From Octopus sinensis (Eukaryota), in the NCBI RefSeq assembly GCF_006345805.1, contig NC_043006.1:31062001-31126000 (forward strand): DNA of 64,000 nt, given 5' to 3'. The notes beneath the pieces were generated by a model, which was given only the letters and a program-made list of their open reading frames with translations, did no database searches and was not told the DNA's origin. How positions within the stretch are numbered: the first letter of the stretch is position 1; the number at the start of each line of letters is the position of its first letter. The position numbers and the translations under genes are program-made. Below, piece by piece: positions 12,700-26,645 of the stretch.

Positions 12700-13056
12700 A
12701 TTTTTTTCTTTGAGTTTTATTTAAGTTCTTCTCCAGAGGGTTCAAGTCAGTCGCTAACAAAACAAAACTTTTTGTGTTAAGAGAGTTCTCGCTGTTTGTA
12801 AATATGTGATTGAGTTGGTGTTTTGGTTGAAATGTCCATGCATACACCCAAATGTGTGCATCTATTCACATAAGAACCTCACATGGAGAATTTTTAGAAT
12901 GTCTTGCAGATCTTCACTGTGACACCAACGGATTGGATTTGGAGAATCCACGTCGGTTTCTTTGATCTTTTTTTGAAGACGCTAGTATTTCTAAGATTTT
13001 GTGTAAATTTGTCGGTTTATAGCCTAATGTACCTATGATGATAGGTACAAATGAGA
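12698..13056 (-). mobile_element. R4/Dong-like non-LTR retrotransposon 3' end (end of REL domain plus 3' UTR), embedded between (CATA)n and (CA)n
   Basis: ISFVPIIIGTLGYKPTNL...ILQIQSV.VTVKICKTF (frameshifted). The 3' UTR is homologous to 37050-37250. Confidence 0.6.
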
Positions 13057-13935
<879 letters not shown>

Positions 13936-14265
13936 CCTTCCCTCTCTCCCAGTTGATCGGCTCAACGGAACAGCTTGCTCGTGAAATGAATGTGCAAGCG
14001 GCTGAGCGCTTTACAGACACACTTGCACTCAACGTAGTTCTCATGGAGAGATTCAGTGAGGATACAGAGTGTGACAAGGCTGGCCCCTTTTGAAATAAAG
14101 GTACAACTTGATTTTGTCAGCTGAGCGGATCGGAGAAACGTGAAATAAAGAGTCTTGCTTAAGAACACAATCCACTGTCAGGTATCAAACTCATCACCTT
14201 ACCATCATGAGCCGAATACCGTAACCAGTAAGCCCCGCGCCTTCACATACACACAAGCATACATA

Positions 14266-14819
14266 TTGGGTTGTCCGGAAAGTTCGTGCCGATTTATAGT
14301 AGCTTACCTTTCGACTTATTTTAGAACATGGTTGAGTCCATAAAATAGGATTTGACTACACCTCCATTTAGAGCACAACTTAAGCTATCTTTTCGTGGAA
14401 GAAGGTTTAAGTTCCTATAACCTGTATTAATTCTGTAACCCTTTAAAATGGAAGATAAGAAAGTTCATTTTTGGTACTTGATGCTTTGGGAACCAGACAA
14501 AAATCCCAGCCCAGCTGGGATGTGTTACCCCACCCTCCATATTCACCAGATATTGCTCCTTCGGGTTTCCACTTATTCAGGTCTCTGCAGAATAGTCTTA
14601 ATGGTAAAAATTTCAATTCCTTGGATGATGTAAAAAGATACCTTGATGAATTCTTTGCCATGAAACCACCTCAATTCTGGGAAGAGGGTATTTTCAAGTT
14701 TAAGGAAAGATGGAGACGCATTGTGCAACAAAATGGTTCATATTTGGTTGATTAAAAAGTATTTATTGACCTTTTTTTCTTTCCTTTAAAAATCGGCACG
14801 AACTTTCCGGACAACCCAA
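14266..14819 (+). mobile_element. Internally deleted mariner (DD34D) element with intact TIRs and TA target duplication
   Basis: TA|TTGGGTTGTCCGGAAAGTTCGTGCCGATTT ... AAATCGGCACGAACTTTCCGGACAACCCAA|TA. The N-terminus MEDKKVHFWYLMLWE is joined to the C-terminus WDVLPHPPYSPDIAPS...GSYLVD*. Confidence 0.93.
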
Positions 14820-15329
14820 TACATACCTACATACATACATACATACATACATACATACATACATACATACATACATACATACATACATGCACGCCTCTGT
14901 TAGCAATCTCGATCATTTCATAAGTCGGCAGCTATGAACGAAATAGCTTTGGAGTCTAGACAATGTCATTATATTAGAGTTATGAGTTTGATGAGTTGTT
15001 TTTTAAATTGTGATACGAACACAACTGAAGGTAATTGGCAAATAACTGGAAAAAATATCTAGAAACTTGTTGTGTCTCCCTGCAGACAGTTAATGAGTTT
15101 AATTAATATAACACATCGGGATGTTAACAATGTGAACTGGTTATGAGGAAATCAAATAAAAACATAATTAAGACCTAATGTTCTAATGAAATTATTAAAT
15201 AGGTTAAATTAATCGACTTTAATCACGAGTACACAGGCCTGGCCATCATTTAATCAGTTAAAATACAATAGAGTAGGAATAGAACAGAATTTGTTTGGAG
15301 CGAGGTTCAGGCTTGGGCTTTTCCAGGAA

Positions 15330-15720
15330 AATCGGCTGCTTTTCAAAGAATACATCTAATGTCGTCTGCGTTTTCTTAACTCTTTTCTCACGCGCTTCGA
15401 GTCAGGGTCATTCTCAATAAACTGCTCTATTGCTTCTTTAATCTTGGTGGTGATATTTATGAGGGACTTAGTGGTAAGAATTCTTTCCACTGTTACTGGT
15501 TCTGTAGTAAACTCTTCAGGTCTCATCTGAGCGCGTTTCTATGACAACGTCAGCTGCTCTTCAACAGATAAATTCTCTGCCAAATCTCCTGCGTTTCCAT
15601 TTTACACTTCTCTCTCCATTGATCACAGATGACTGACAATAGACACTAATTTTTCGTCAAATTCCAGAAAGTCATTACATGTTTCTACCAAATTGAGTCC
15701 ATGCAATTCTCAGTAACATC
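15330..15720 (-). mobile_element. Tigger/pogo transposase C-terminal remnant
   Basis: The minus strand reads ILTTKSLINITTKIKEAIEQFIENDPDSKR and, after a frameshift, KKTQTTLDVFFEK, typical of the Tigger C-terminus. Confidence 0.55.
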
Positions 15721-16679
15721 TTAGCGGGCTGTTCTGATATTATTCATTGCCTTCACAATATGGTGGTTTTTCACAATAAAATTGTTTGAAGATGAAGATA
15801 ATAGCCCTTAATGTAAGAGATTATACTTGCAGCTGATTCGATCAACGGAACTGTCTGCACGTGAAATTAACGTGGCTGAGCACTCCACAGACACGCGTAC
15901 ACTTAGAACTACGTTAAGGGTATGCGTGTGTCAGAATTTGGCGAGGCTGGCCCTTTGAAATACAGGTACTACGCGCTTTTGCCAGATGAGTGGATGGGGC
16001 AATGTAAAGTGTCTTGCTCAAGGACATAACACGCCGCCGAGTATCGGACTCACCAGTTAACGGTCGAGAGCCGAATATCCTAAACCACTAAGCTACGCGC
16101 CTTCACTGCAAACATGAACACACACACCCTACGTTTTTACCTATCACAGCTGCATTAGGCTATTATATACCTAGGAAACACACGCAGACATGCATACATA
16201 GTACAGACATACATTCACACATATATCTGTAGTTTTACATACGATTGTACACAAAACTGCAAGCTCAACCGATTACAAAAAAAAAGTACTTAAAAAAACT
16301 GAAAGAGGGAGATTATTTTTATTGATTAATTTAAAGTGAAATGTTTTATGTAGGTCTGCGGATGAGAGAATGTGCCCTTGCTGGGGGTAGGAGTGGGGAG
16401 GGAAGCTGGGAGAGGGAGGCTGGGGGTAGGGTGGGTTGTAGAGTGGCGGAAAGTGATAATGTTGTTTGAGCTTAATTTCATTTTAATTGTTTAATATTTT
16501 CAATGGATTATTGATGTTGTTGTTGTTGTTTAGTGGAAGGTCACGGAGAATCAGACTTGTGGTGAAAGTCATTATAACTGAGGATCATAAGTGTGAAACG
16601 TGCTTTGAGGGAGATTTGGTTGCTATTTCTAGCTTTTCGAGATATCGCGTGGCGATTCTCTCTCCACGGTTCGTTAACA

Positions 16680-16940
16680 TGTATGTGTACGTGTTTGTGT
16701 GTGTGCGTTTGTGTGTATTTGTGTGTGTGTGTGTGTGTATGTGTGTGTGTTTGTCTGTGTGTTTGTGCGTGTGTGTGCTTGTATGTGTGTGTGTGCGTGC
16801 ATGTGTGTGCGTGCGTGTGTGTTTGTACGTGTGTATGTTTGTATGTGTGTGGGTGCGTGTGTGTGTTTGTATGTGTGCGTGTGCGTGTGTGTATTTGTGC
16901 GTGTGTGTGTTTGTATGTGTGTTTGTGTGTGTGTTTGTGC

Positions 16941-16972
<32 letters not shown>

Positions 16973-16975
16973 ATG
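16680..16975. repeat. Degenerate (GT)n microsatellite
   Basis: Directly visible. Confidence 0.95.
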
Positions 16976-17272
16976 CATCCGCGCGTACCTACCGTTCTAT
17001 TGTGTGTAGTAGGTCAGTGTGTCTGTATGTCAGTATTGACTGTGTGTCTCTCAAGGGCGAGCTGGCAGAATCGTGAGCACGCCGGATAAAACGCTCAGCA
17101 GCATTTCGTTCGTCTTTCCGTTCTGAGTTCAAATTCCGCTGACGTCAACTTTACCTGTTATCCTTTCAGAGATCTTTTTTAAAAATAATAAGTACCAGTG
17201 GAGAGGGAGGATAGGGGCGTCGATGCAATCGACTTTATCCCTCCCCCGAAATTTGAAACCAGTGTTGTGTTT

Positions 17273-17349
<77 letters not shown>

Positions 17350-18759
17350 TGTATACATAAAACCGATGCGACTGTGGGTTAACAGATGTGTGTGTGTGTG
17401 TGTGTGTGTGTGACTGCGCGCGCTGATGTAATGCCGTATAATTGTGGGTGTGATGTGATGAGGTGCCGCATATAATATAGATTGGTTATTGGATATTGTG
17501 TGGGTTGCGACAGATAAAGCTGACACTAGCAGCGACCACTGAGTTACAGTTTGTTGCTGCAAGAAGCAAATATCTTCTGTTCTTATAACTGGTCGTTAAG
17601 AATAGGTGTCGTCGTCGTCGTGTGCCGTCCGCCGTCCGTCGTCGTCGTCTGCCGTCCGTCGTCGCCATTATTTTTGTTGTTTAGACTTATGACGACCCTG
17701 ACTGAACATATCCCGTGATCAAAGACAGTCTAACCACGACCATTCCATTATCCCAGATATTTTATCTTAGACTCTATTATGCAACATGACACATCCTTCT
17801 TTTAAAGCTGCTGGGCGAAATTTGAGGGAGTGATTTGGCTGTTATTTCTAGCAAGTTGATCATCCACAAATAAATACCCTTGTTGACTTACCGTCATCGT
17901 CGTTGTAGTGGTTTAACCCCGAGTGATGAGCTCCGATCGAGTAGAGGACTGATGAAAGGCTTTCCAGCCATGACCATTCTGTCTTTCTTTACAGCAACAC
18001 TCTGTTTAATATATATTTTCTTTAAAGCAACAAGGCGTGATTTGTGATAATTTCGGCTGCTATTTCCAGCAAGCCGAAGACAAGAGACGGTGGTTGTGGT
18101 GTGAGAATTAGCGGTTTGGCCATTTTATGATTGGAAAAAATCGAAACCAATATCAACACACACACACACACACACGCACACACACACACACACACGCCCG
18201 CATCACACAACACAATACACACGATCTTCCGCACAGTTTCCGCCCACCAAACTTAACGGCAAAGCGTTGGTCGGCCCGGTGCTTTTGTGAAGGTTACTTA
18301 ACCAAGGTGCTGCGCAGTGGGACTGAACCCAAAACCAGGTGGCTGCAAAGTGAACTTCTTAACCACACAGCACAGGCCTGCGCCACAATATTTGATCAAA
18401 TTATGTCTAGAAATTTTAATAAATTGTTAAACTCCATGTATATTACCGTACCCCGTATATCCGTATGTATATATATAGTGTGTAATAAATAAAATATATG
18501 CATACATACAAACATATATGTACGTACCTACATCTACATGTATATATACATGCATATATAAATATATATACATAAGTACAGGACACCACAAAAAGACGTA
18601 GAACTCGACAGAAACGAAAACGGAAAAGCCATTTTTTTACAACAGAAAGACAGAGACGTGGAACAGGACGAGAACGAAAACGGGAAAAACATTATTTACA
18701 GCAGAAAAACAAGGTACAGGACAAGCTACACAAGGAAAATCCCCAATCATCAGCTGTCG

Positions 18760-18814
18760 CTAGTAGACTTAGCGTGTTTCGAAGGCAAGACAGGACACGA
18801 CTCGTCAATACTAG
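18760..18814 (-). ncRNA. Hammerhead-like motif, left-arm copy
   Basis: Reverse complement of the 19138-19192 motif. Confidence 0.55.
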
Positions 18815-19137
18815 GCCTTCATGCGAGAGAACTAAAATAAAATAACCTCGCAGAGGGGTAAAACAAGCACGAAAGTCGTGTTTCCATGCGCTTGCCAGAA
18901 CCTCTTCCGTCCCAGCCAGAACAAAGGCCTTTCGTTTGTTTTTCTCGTTTGTTTTCTTGTTTATTTTGATTTCTCGTATTGTATTTTATTTCTCGTTTTG
19001 TATTTTCTTGTACATGTATTTTTATCTTGTATTTTATTGTGCAGTTTTATTGTTACGTCCTGTTTGTGTTACATTTTTTTCGTGCTTGTTTTACCCCTCT
19101 GCGAGGTTATTTTATTTTAATTCTCTCGCAGGAAGGC

Positions 19138-19192
19138 CTAGTATTGACGAGTCGTGTCCTGTCTTGCCTTCGAAACACGCTAAGTCTACTAG
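19138..19192 (+). ncRNA. Type I hammerhead-like motif (C3U variant, weak helix II)
   Basis: CTAGTA-TTGACGA-G...C-GAAAC-ACGCTAA-GTC-TACTAG. Helix I CTAGTA/TACTAG is perfect and the cleavage triplet is GUC. Confidence 0.55.
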
Positions 19193-19549
19193 CGACAACT
19201 GATGATTGGAGATTTTCCTTGTGTAGCTTGTCCTATACCTTGTTTTTCTGTTGTAAATAATGTTTTTCCCGTTTTCGTTCTCGTCCTGTTCCACGTCTCT
19301 GTCTTTCTGTTGTAAAAAAATGGCTTTTCCGTTTTCGTTTCTGTCGAGTTCTACGTCTTTTTGAGGTGTCCTGTACTTACGTATATATATTTATATATGC
19401 ATGTATATATACATGTAGATGTAGGTACGTACATATATGTTTGTATGTATGCATATATTTTATTTATTACACTATTGTCTGACAGCGCTTCGCGTCGGGT
19501 TCGTTCGATTCTTCGCTTCGTTCCGTTTCTTATCCTCCCAGTATTGTTT

Positions 19550-19619
<70 letters not shown>

Positions 19620-22296
19620 TATATGTATCGTAAAATGTTAAACATTATTATTGAGTTAGAGAACAGAGATCTAATGGATACAAATTAATTAATTAATTAA
19701 TATATTCACCTACAATTGTTTCGTTTGTGATTTCGAAGTCACTCACCTGATGACGTGCGAGTACAGAGCTACTACGGAATCATATTTATGTCATATCTAT
19801 ATAACGGTACGTATAAGATAGGAAACCAGCGCCTAGCTGCTGTTACCATTGCACAGAAACAATTGTTGTGTTTTGTAATTAAATTATGTTTATTCCATCT
19901 TCTTGCGTGGCAGTGTGATGAGAAGATTGCTTCCCAACCATATGGATGCGGATTCAGTCCTATTGCGTGGCACCTTGGGTAAGTGTCTGCTGCTATAGCT
20001 TCGGGCCGACCAAAGCCTTGTAAGTGGATTTGGTAGATGGGAACTTAAAGGTTATAGAAGACACTTGCCCAAGGTGCAACGCAGTAGGACTGAACCCGAT
20101 ACCATGTGGTTGGGAAGCAAGCTTCTTACCACACAGACACGCAATATATATATATTGCATTTATATGCGTGTAGTTGATTAATAACCTCGAATATAGTTA
20201 GTCTCTGTCACTCAACATATACTCACATTTGCGTCTCACATAAAAGTAAAGACTCGTAACCATGAAAACAATCTCCACGTCTCTGCCATACATTAAATAA
20301 CACCTCGTACTTCACGTGTATTAATTCTCATTCTTCTTCTTGCTCATTCTCTTTCTTTCTCCCCCTCTCCTTCCTATCTTTTCTCTCCCTCTCTCCCTTC
20401 TCCTCTCTTTAATCTTCTACGTCTGTGAAACCACTTATTAAATTACATCGTACCCCCCTCCACCAAGCCCCTTTATCTGCTTTGCTCGAATCCCATTAAA
20501 CACACCGGAACCAGTTGCAAAGTTCTTCGCTTACTAATCAATAATTCAAGACTTAAAAAATCTATATCTCTATTGGCCATTTATCGCTTTCACATGAGAT
20601 GCCGAAGATAAAGTGCATTTCCCCTCCCTGTTCCACAGCGAATAGTAAAGAACCACATTAGATGTATCATGGCAGATATACACAGCATTTTAAAGAGAAA
20701 GTTACCATTTTTTAAAGGAGTGAACCAAACGTTTTCACTCGAAATTATAATTGTAATAAGAAAAAATGTTATTACTGTTAATGACAGTTAATTCCAGGTG
20801 TGTCAGGGGAAGAAACTCTGGAGATATGCAATGTGAAGGAAGAGAATTTGATCTTTTATAATTTCGTACATGTTTTGGTCTTATTAGATTTCTTCCTAGA
20901 AGCAAAGTCACTGCAATGTTGCTAAGGTCTCACAACCACGAACGGACATTGTGTTCTGTGTGAAAATATTCAGTATATTAAAATGAAGACACTGGAAAAC
21001 TTATCAAGGTGCTTTCTGCACGGAGAACACATTGTTTAGTTCAGCTTATCATTGTTAAATCGTAATGAGAAAAAAAAATCATTAGTGTAAATGGAAATTT
21101 ACTACAAAATGAGCAAGGGAGAGAACTCTTGAAATTTCAGTCGACTAAAAATTTAATTGTGAGATGCTGGGGTATGTTTGGTAGCTATGGTGACAATTTA
21201 AGACAAAATTCCGGATTTATTAATCATTTTCAGTGAAACAGTTTACATTTTCCAGAGCCTAAAAATAAATTATTTTTACGCAAACTGCTATACCTATTTG
21301 CTATTTTAAGGTCTTGGTAGAGCAGCCAAATATTTGTCACCGAAGAGGTCTAACGAGGCAGAAATATGTCTATAGCTATCAAGACCAGACTCCCATCTCA
21401 ACTCCTGCATATCGCCATTTTCAAGCGATTAAAATTTGCAATTTTCAACTTAGTTTAGTTTGAGATTCATTAAGGCTTATCATATTTTGTTTTCTCCATA
21501 CGCTTACAATATCAGTTGAGAAGTAATTATTCTCTCTTAATCACCTTAAACGTGGTAGACTGTAATAGGCCTGATTGTAATAATCCGTTAATAACCCGTG
21601 ATTTGTATGGAAATAAAATTTATTCATTAACCTGTAAATGAAACCAAGGAAACATCGAATTAACAAAATCTCTAGACCTACTTGAAACTAAATTGCCCTG
21701 ATATCACATCCTGCCGTCTTAAAAAAAGAAAGGACGATAGATAATGTAGTCTTAAATGTACAGCGTCTGAATAAAAGCTGGGATGTCCAACGTGAGGTGG
21801 TCACACGCAATGTCGGCCCCGGCTAAACGCAACATTGTGATGAGCGCCCGAAAGCAGTGTTGTAAACAAACAAACATTTAGATCAATTAAAACCAGTTTA
21901 ATCGGGACGGCGTCACGCATGAGTAGTTCATGATTTGATGCTAATTTACCATGAAGAAACAAATGTTTCTGAAATCACTTCCGGGTTGTCTTTCTTGTAT
22001 TACACGGTGCTGATGATTGTCAATGAACCAGAAATGCATTCACCGTTCTGCCAAGAGAACGGTGAAATGACTACCTTGAAATGACTGTTGGTGTTTTTCA
22101 ACAATTATTGTTTAAAGCGAGAAGTGTTCTCTACGCAAATTATCAATGAAAACGATTTTTGTACAAGTCGAATATGTCCCAAGCATATTTAAACTGATGT
22201 AAATTAAAAAAAAATACACAGAATTTCTAATAAACTATTAACCGTAAGGTAAAATGGTACATAGATATACATAGATATAAACACACACACACATAC

Positions 22297-22371
<75 letters not shown>

Positions 22372-24187
22372 ACGCACACACACACACACACACGCACGCA
22401 CACACACATTGTACGCGCACAAACGCATACAAATATAAATGTAAAAATACTAACAACATATAACTTTATATAGTTTATTTATTTGGACGTCAGATCTAGT
22501 TTGTGTCTTTGAGAAATAAATTATTTTACGATGTCAATATGGGATGAATTTCTTTGTTTCAATTGCATATACATTTTTCTTCAACTGAGAATAAGGTGAA
22601 TCTATTTAATCTCTCCTGGTTTTGTTATCCACAGAAGAAACTATTCATTCGTCTTAGAGTGGAAAATTTGTTATTCAGAAGCGGTAATGTTTAGGCATGG
22701 CTAGATTTAACCATCTGTAGTGGATCTTGCAGGCATGAAGTGGATTCGATCCACCATAGCCAAATTTCAAGTCACAGTTCAACAGAACTTTTCTCACGGT
22801 GGAGCAATAGTTTTTCTGTGACAGCAGTTTTACATTTGCCAGATTGACTTAGCTAGGCCGAAATAATGTCTTCACCACTTGACCTTTCTAACCTCTTTTA
22901 TTTCACTAAAAGCTAGAATTAAGATAACAAAACCACCAACTACATCTATTGTTCTCAATGATATGTCTATCCTTCTGGATAGTTATAAAAACAAGAACCC
23001 CCAAGCAAAAATCAGTTAGTCACTTGGTTACAACTCAGTTAGTCAGTTGGTGACAACTCGTGATTTGAAACAGAGCTGACATCAGTTAGTGAACCGACCA
23101 CTAGAATCATGGCCACAAACAGGCAGAGAAACGGCCAGAGGGAAAAAAGCGACTATACGAGACCTAACTTCCCACACTCTCTCACTTCTCTTCCCTGCAC
23201 ATTACCATATCTCTCTCTATGGTTTACTACTACAAAAACACACAGGCCGAAATTAACTTTTTTACTTTGCATACTCTACGATTTCATCACCTGCCCGTCG
23301 AGGCAAGGTATTGTATAATGTAACGGTAAAAATAGATATTTTCTTCACAACTTCAATCACTGTTCTTTCATCTTTACATAACGGCAATCAACGAAGAATC
23401 AATCTTTAGAAACGGATTACATCCGTCGCATTGTTTACAAATCAACCTCAACCGTTATAAAATTAATCTTCATTGTTACACCTCCAATACCAACTAATTA
23501 TCGGCAACAATTACACTCCTCGTATTTTTATCCCCCCACCAAAAAAAAAAAAAAGAAAATAAAAAGGAAAAAATAATTTGGAAGAACTCAAACTTTAAGA
23601 ATGAAACTACTTTGAATCTGCCTCGTCTTCGAGTAACCTAAGCGTTTTTCATCTTTGGTCTTCATTGTTGCTTTTACAATAGGCTTAAGAATTTAAAATC
23701 CTTTGTAACTGAATAGCTTTTAAGATCACCGTTATCAAATTATAAGAAGTGCCTCTTCCTGAACCAGTCAGTGCCTAACCATTTCACAGACACGTATATT
23801 GCTTAATAGAAATATCAGGTAGAATCAGTGTGACAAAGCGCTGCCTTTTAAATTACAGGTATAATGTCTTCCTTAAGGACGGTTTAGCTGTTGAAGAATT
23901 CTTCGGCACAGACCCAGACTTCTTTCTTTCCTCCTGCCTTTTCTTCAATCACCGCATTGTATGTCTTTTTGTGATCCTGGAGGAACGCATTCAAGCAACC
24001 TGCGTATAATTTATAGCACACTACGGGGCTGTAATTTTTGGTCTTATGATTCTCTTAGCTTTTAGCTTCTAATGTTGTAACATGTGACAACAAACCAATC
24101 CGATACGCCAATCTCAGCATCTTTGGGGAGTTTGAAGAAGTTCACGTCGTAGGCTGTGAGTTTCCTATATACCAATAACCGACCATC

Positions 24188-24251
<64 letters not shown>

Positions 24252-24585
24252 CACAATACCAATTCCATCCTCCATTAAACCATTTCTCATCACGTGTGTT
24301 GCTTTGTTTCCGTCATTCCAGATTCCCCTTCCTGCCCATCCACAGGAGGCATTTCGCAACATTGGTCCGCTTCTGAGCTGATTGCAGACTTACGATTCAG
24401 GGATTTCCATTTTAGTCGAACTTTTATTTATTTGTTTATTTATTCATTTGCTTATTTATTACTAACGAAATTGTTGATTTACCGCTCCCTTTTCGTGCTT
24501 AAAGGGCAATTAGCTTATTCGTTAGTGTTTCTAGTTATGACCCCTCCATAGTCTGTAGACAACCTCGGGACACATTCAAACACAG

Positions 24586-24619
<34 letters not shown>

Positions 24620-25234
24620 ACACACACACACGCACGCACACACGCACGCACGCACGCACACACGCACGCACGCAAACGCGCGCGCACTGCTCTTTGCATG
24701 TTGGGAAAGGGATAAGTCTAAAAGGAGACAACTCTTGTTGGATTAGATTTCAATTAAACATGAAAAAACGAAAAACTTCCGTAGCGATGAAGAGTAGCTT
24801 CCCTTCTATTTGGCTCTGCTGAGTGCGGCACGAATACAAGTCAAATTGCTGACATGACCAAGTGGTTTGATAAAAATAACAAAAAATGACTTCATGCTGA
24901 TGTTTAAAAACCGTATATTTTCATATTTACAAATATACACCTCCATAGTTTTATTCCTGTTTGTTAATGGTTTCTATATACTCTTCATGTTTGTCGTTGA
25001 TGCTTCCTAACTTCGGCCGTTCGGATGTAAAAAACTGTTTTCGGAAAATTATTGCTGGAACCTAGTACTGTCCCTGGAGGCAATTTGGTAGCTTTAAGAG
25101 TCGCTAATTTGCATAAAGGGGGCAATGAACAGGGAAGGTATAGAAAAAGCGAGAACGTGTAATGGAGAAAAGATACAGACATAGATAGATAGATAGATAG
25201 ATAGAAAGAGAGAGAAGGGAAGAGATAGTATATG

Positions 25235-26240
25235 AGATGTGTGTGTATGTATGTATGTATGTATGTATGTATGTATGTATGTATGTATGTATGTATGTAT
25301 GTATGTCTGTATATAAGTGTATGTATGTATGTATGTATGTATGTATGTCTGTATGTATGTATGTATATAAGTGTATGTATGTATGTATGTATGTATGTAT
25401 GTATGTATGTATGTGTGTGTATGTGTATGTATGTATGCATGTATGTGTGCATGTATGTATGTATGTATGTATGTATATAAGTGTATGTATGTATGTATGT
25501 ATGTACGCATGTATGTCTGTATGTATGTATGTATGTATATAAGTGTATGTATGTATGTATGTATGTATGTATGTATGTGTGTGTATGTGTATGTATGTAT
25601 GCATGTATGTGTGCATGTATGTATGTATGTATGTATGTATGTATGTATGTATGTATGTATGTATGTATGTATGTATTTATGTATGTATGCATGCATGCAT
25701 GCCCATATGTATGTGTGTGCTTGTGTATGTGTGCGTATATGTATGTCATTGTTCAGTTTGTTTTTTCAAGATTTCTTGCCAATAGAGAAAGAGCCGGTTT
25801 CTAACCTATATCCAAGGCTCCTTCATTGGAATTTCAACATCAACAACAGGGTATTTTTGTATGTATGTATGTATGTATGTATGTATGTATGTATGTATGT
25901 ATGTATGTATGTATGTGTGTATGTATGTATGTATGTATGTATGTATGTATGAATGTATGCATGTATGTATGTACGTATGAATGTATGTATGTATGTATGT
26001 ATGTATGTATGTATGTATGTATGTATGTATGTATGTATGCATGCATGCATGTATGTATGTGTATGTATATATGTATGTTCGCAGATTTGTATGTTTTGCT
26101 TCATGTATGTATTCTCATGCATATAGTTGCATTATGTATGTGTGTATGTATGTGTATGTATGTACGAATGTATGTATGTATGTATGTATGTATGTATGTA
26201 TGTATGTATGTATGTATGTATGTATGTATGTATGTATGTA

Positions 26241-26275
<35 letters not shown>

Positions 26276-26305
26276 ATGTATGTATGTATGTATGTATGTA
26301 TGAAT
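25235..26305. repeat. About 1.1-kb compound (TATG)n microsatellite with higher-order internal duplication
   Basis: Directly visible. ATATAAGTGTATG variant units recur and a unique 112-bp insert interrupts the array. Confidence 0.95.
25747..25858 (-). mobile_element. About 110-bp element embedded in (CATA)n, copy 1
   Basis: Nearly identical to 43525-43634 with the same ends. Strand inferred from the AATAAA near the 3' end of copy 2, just before (CATA)n. Confidence 0.75.
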
Positions 26306-26610
26306 ATGTGTGTATGTGTGAAAAGAAAAAAAGAAATTAAAATCCATTTTATTTTGTTACCATTGTTTGTTCAGCGATGACTATTTTTCCACACAAGATA
26401 CGATGACCGAATCAGTTGTTTTTAGATATCAACGGAGGCGGGCGGGGAAGGACGGTAGTGACAGTGTAAATGGTCATTCAGTTGGCTAGAAATAGCAGTC
26501 AGTGTCCTTCAAATGACTCTAGTAGTAAGTATATAAAGCAGAAGGAGTAGTCATAACTGAAGTAAGCTTGATCATCTATCATTGGGGTCAGTGCTACCCT
26601 GGGGTTAAAT

Positions 26611-26645
<35 letters not shown>

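Larger units (their letters stand above)
18479..19472. mobile_element. Foldback element: about 395-bp inverted arms (18479-18874 / 19078-19472) with about 200-bp T-rich spacer; probable Penelope-like inverted pseudo-LTR
   Basis: Arms are near-identical reverse complements with about 8 substitutions counted by eye. Each arm holds a hammerhead-like motif, and the right side extends to a (TA)n tract at about 19553. Confidence 0.8.

Noticed and set aside
17486-17700. 60-aa ORF MATTDGRRRRR with a good Kozak context (minus strand)
   Set aside because: It is built on a (GAC/GTC)-type low-complexity run, with no splice donor and no recognisable homology.
24388-24425. Possible micro first exon ATG GAA ATC CCT GAA TC|GTAAGT on the minus strand
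   Set aside because: Too short to distinguish from chance without transcript data.
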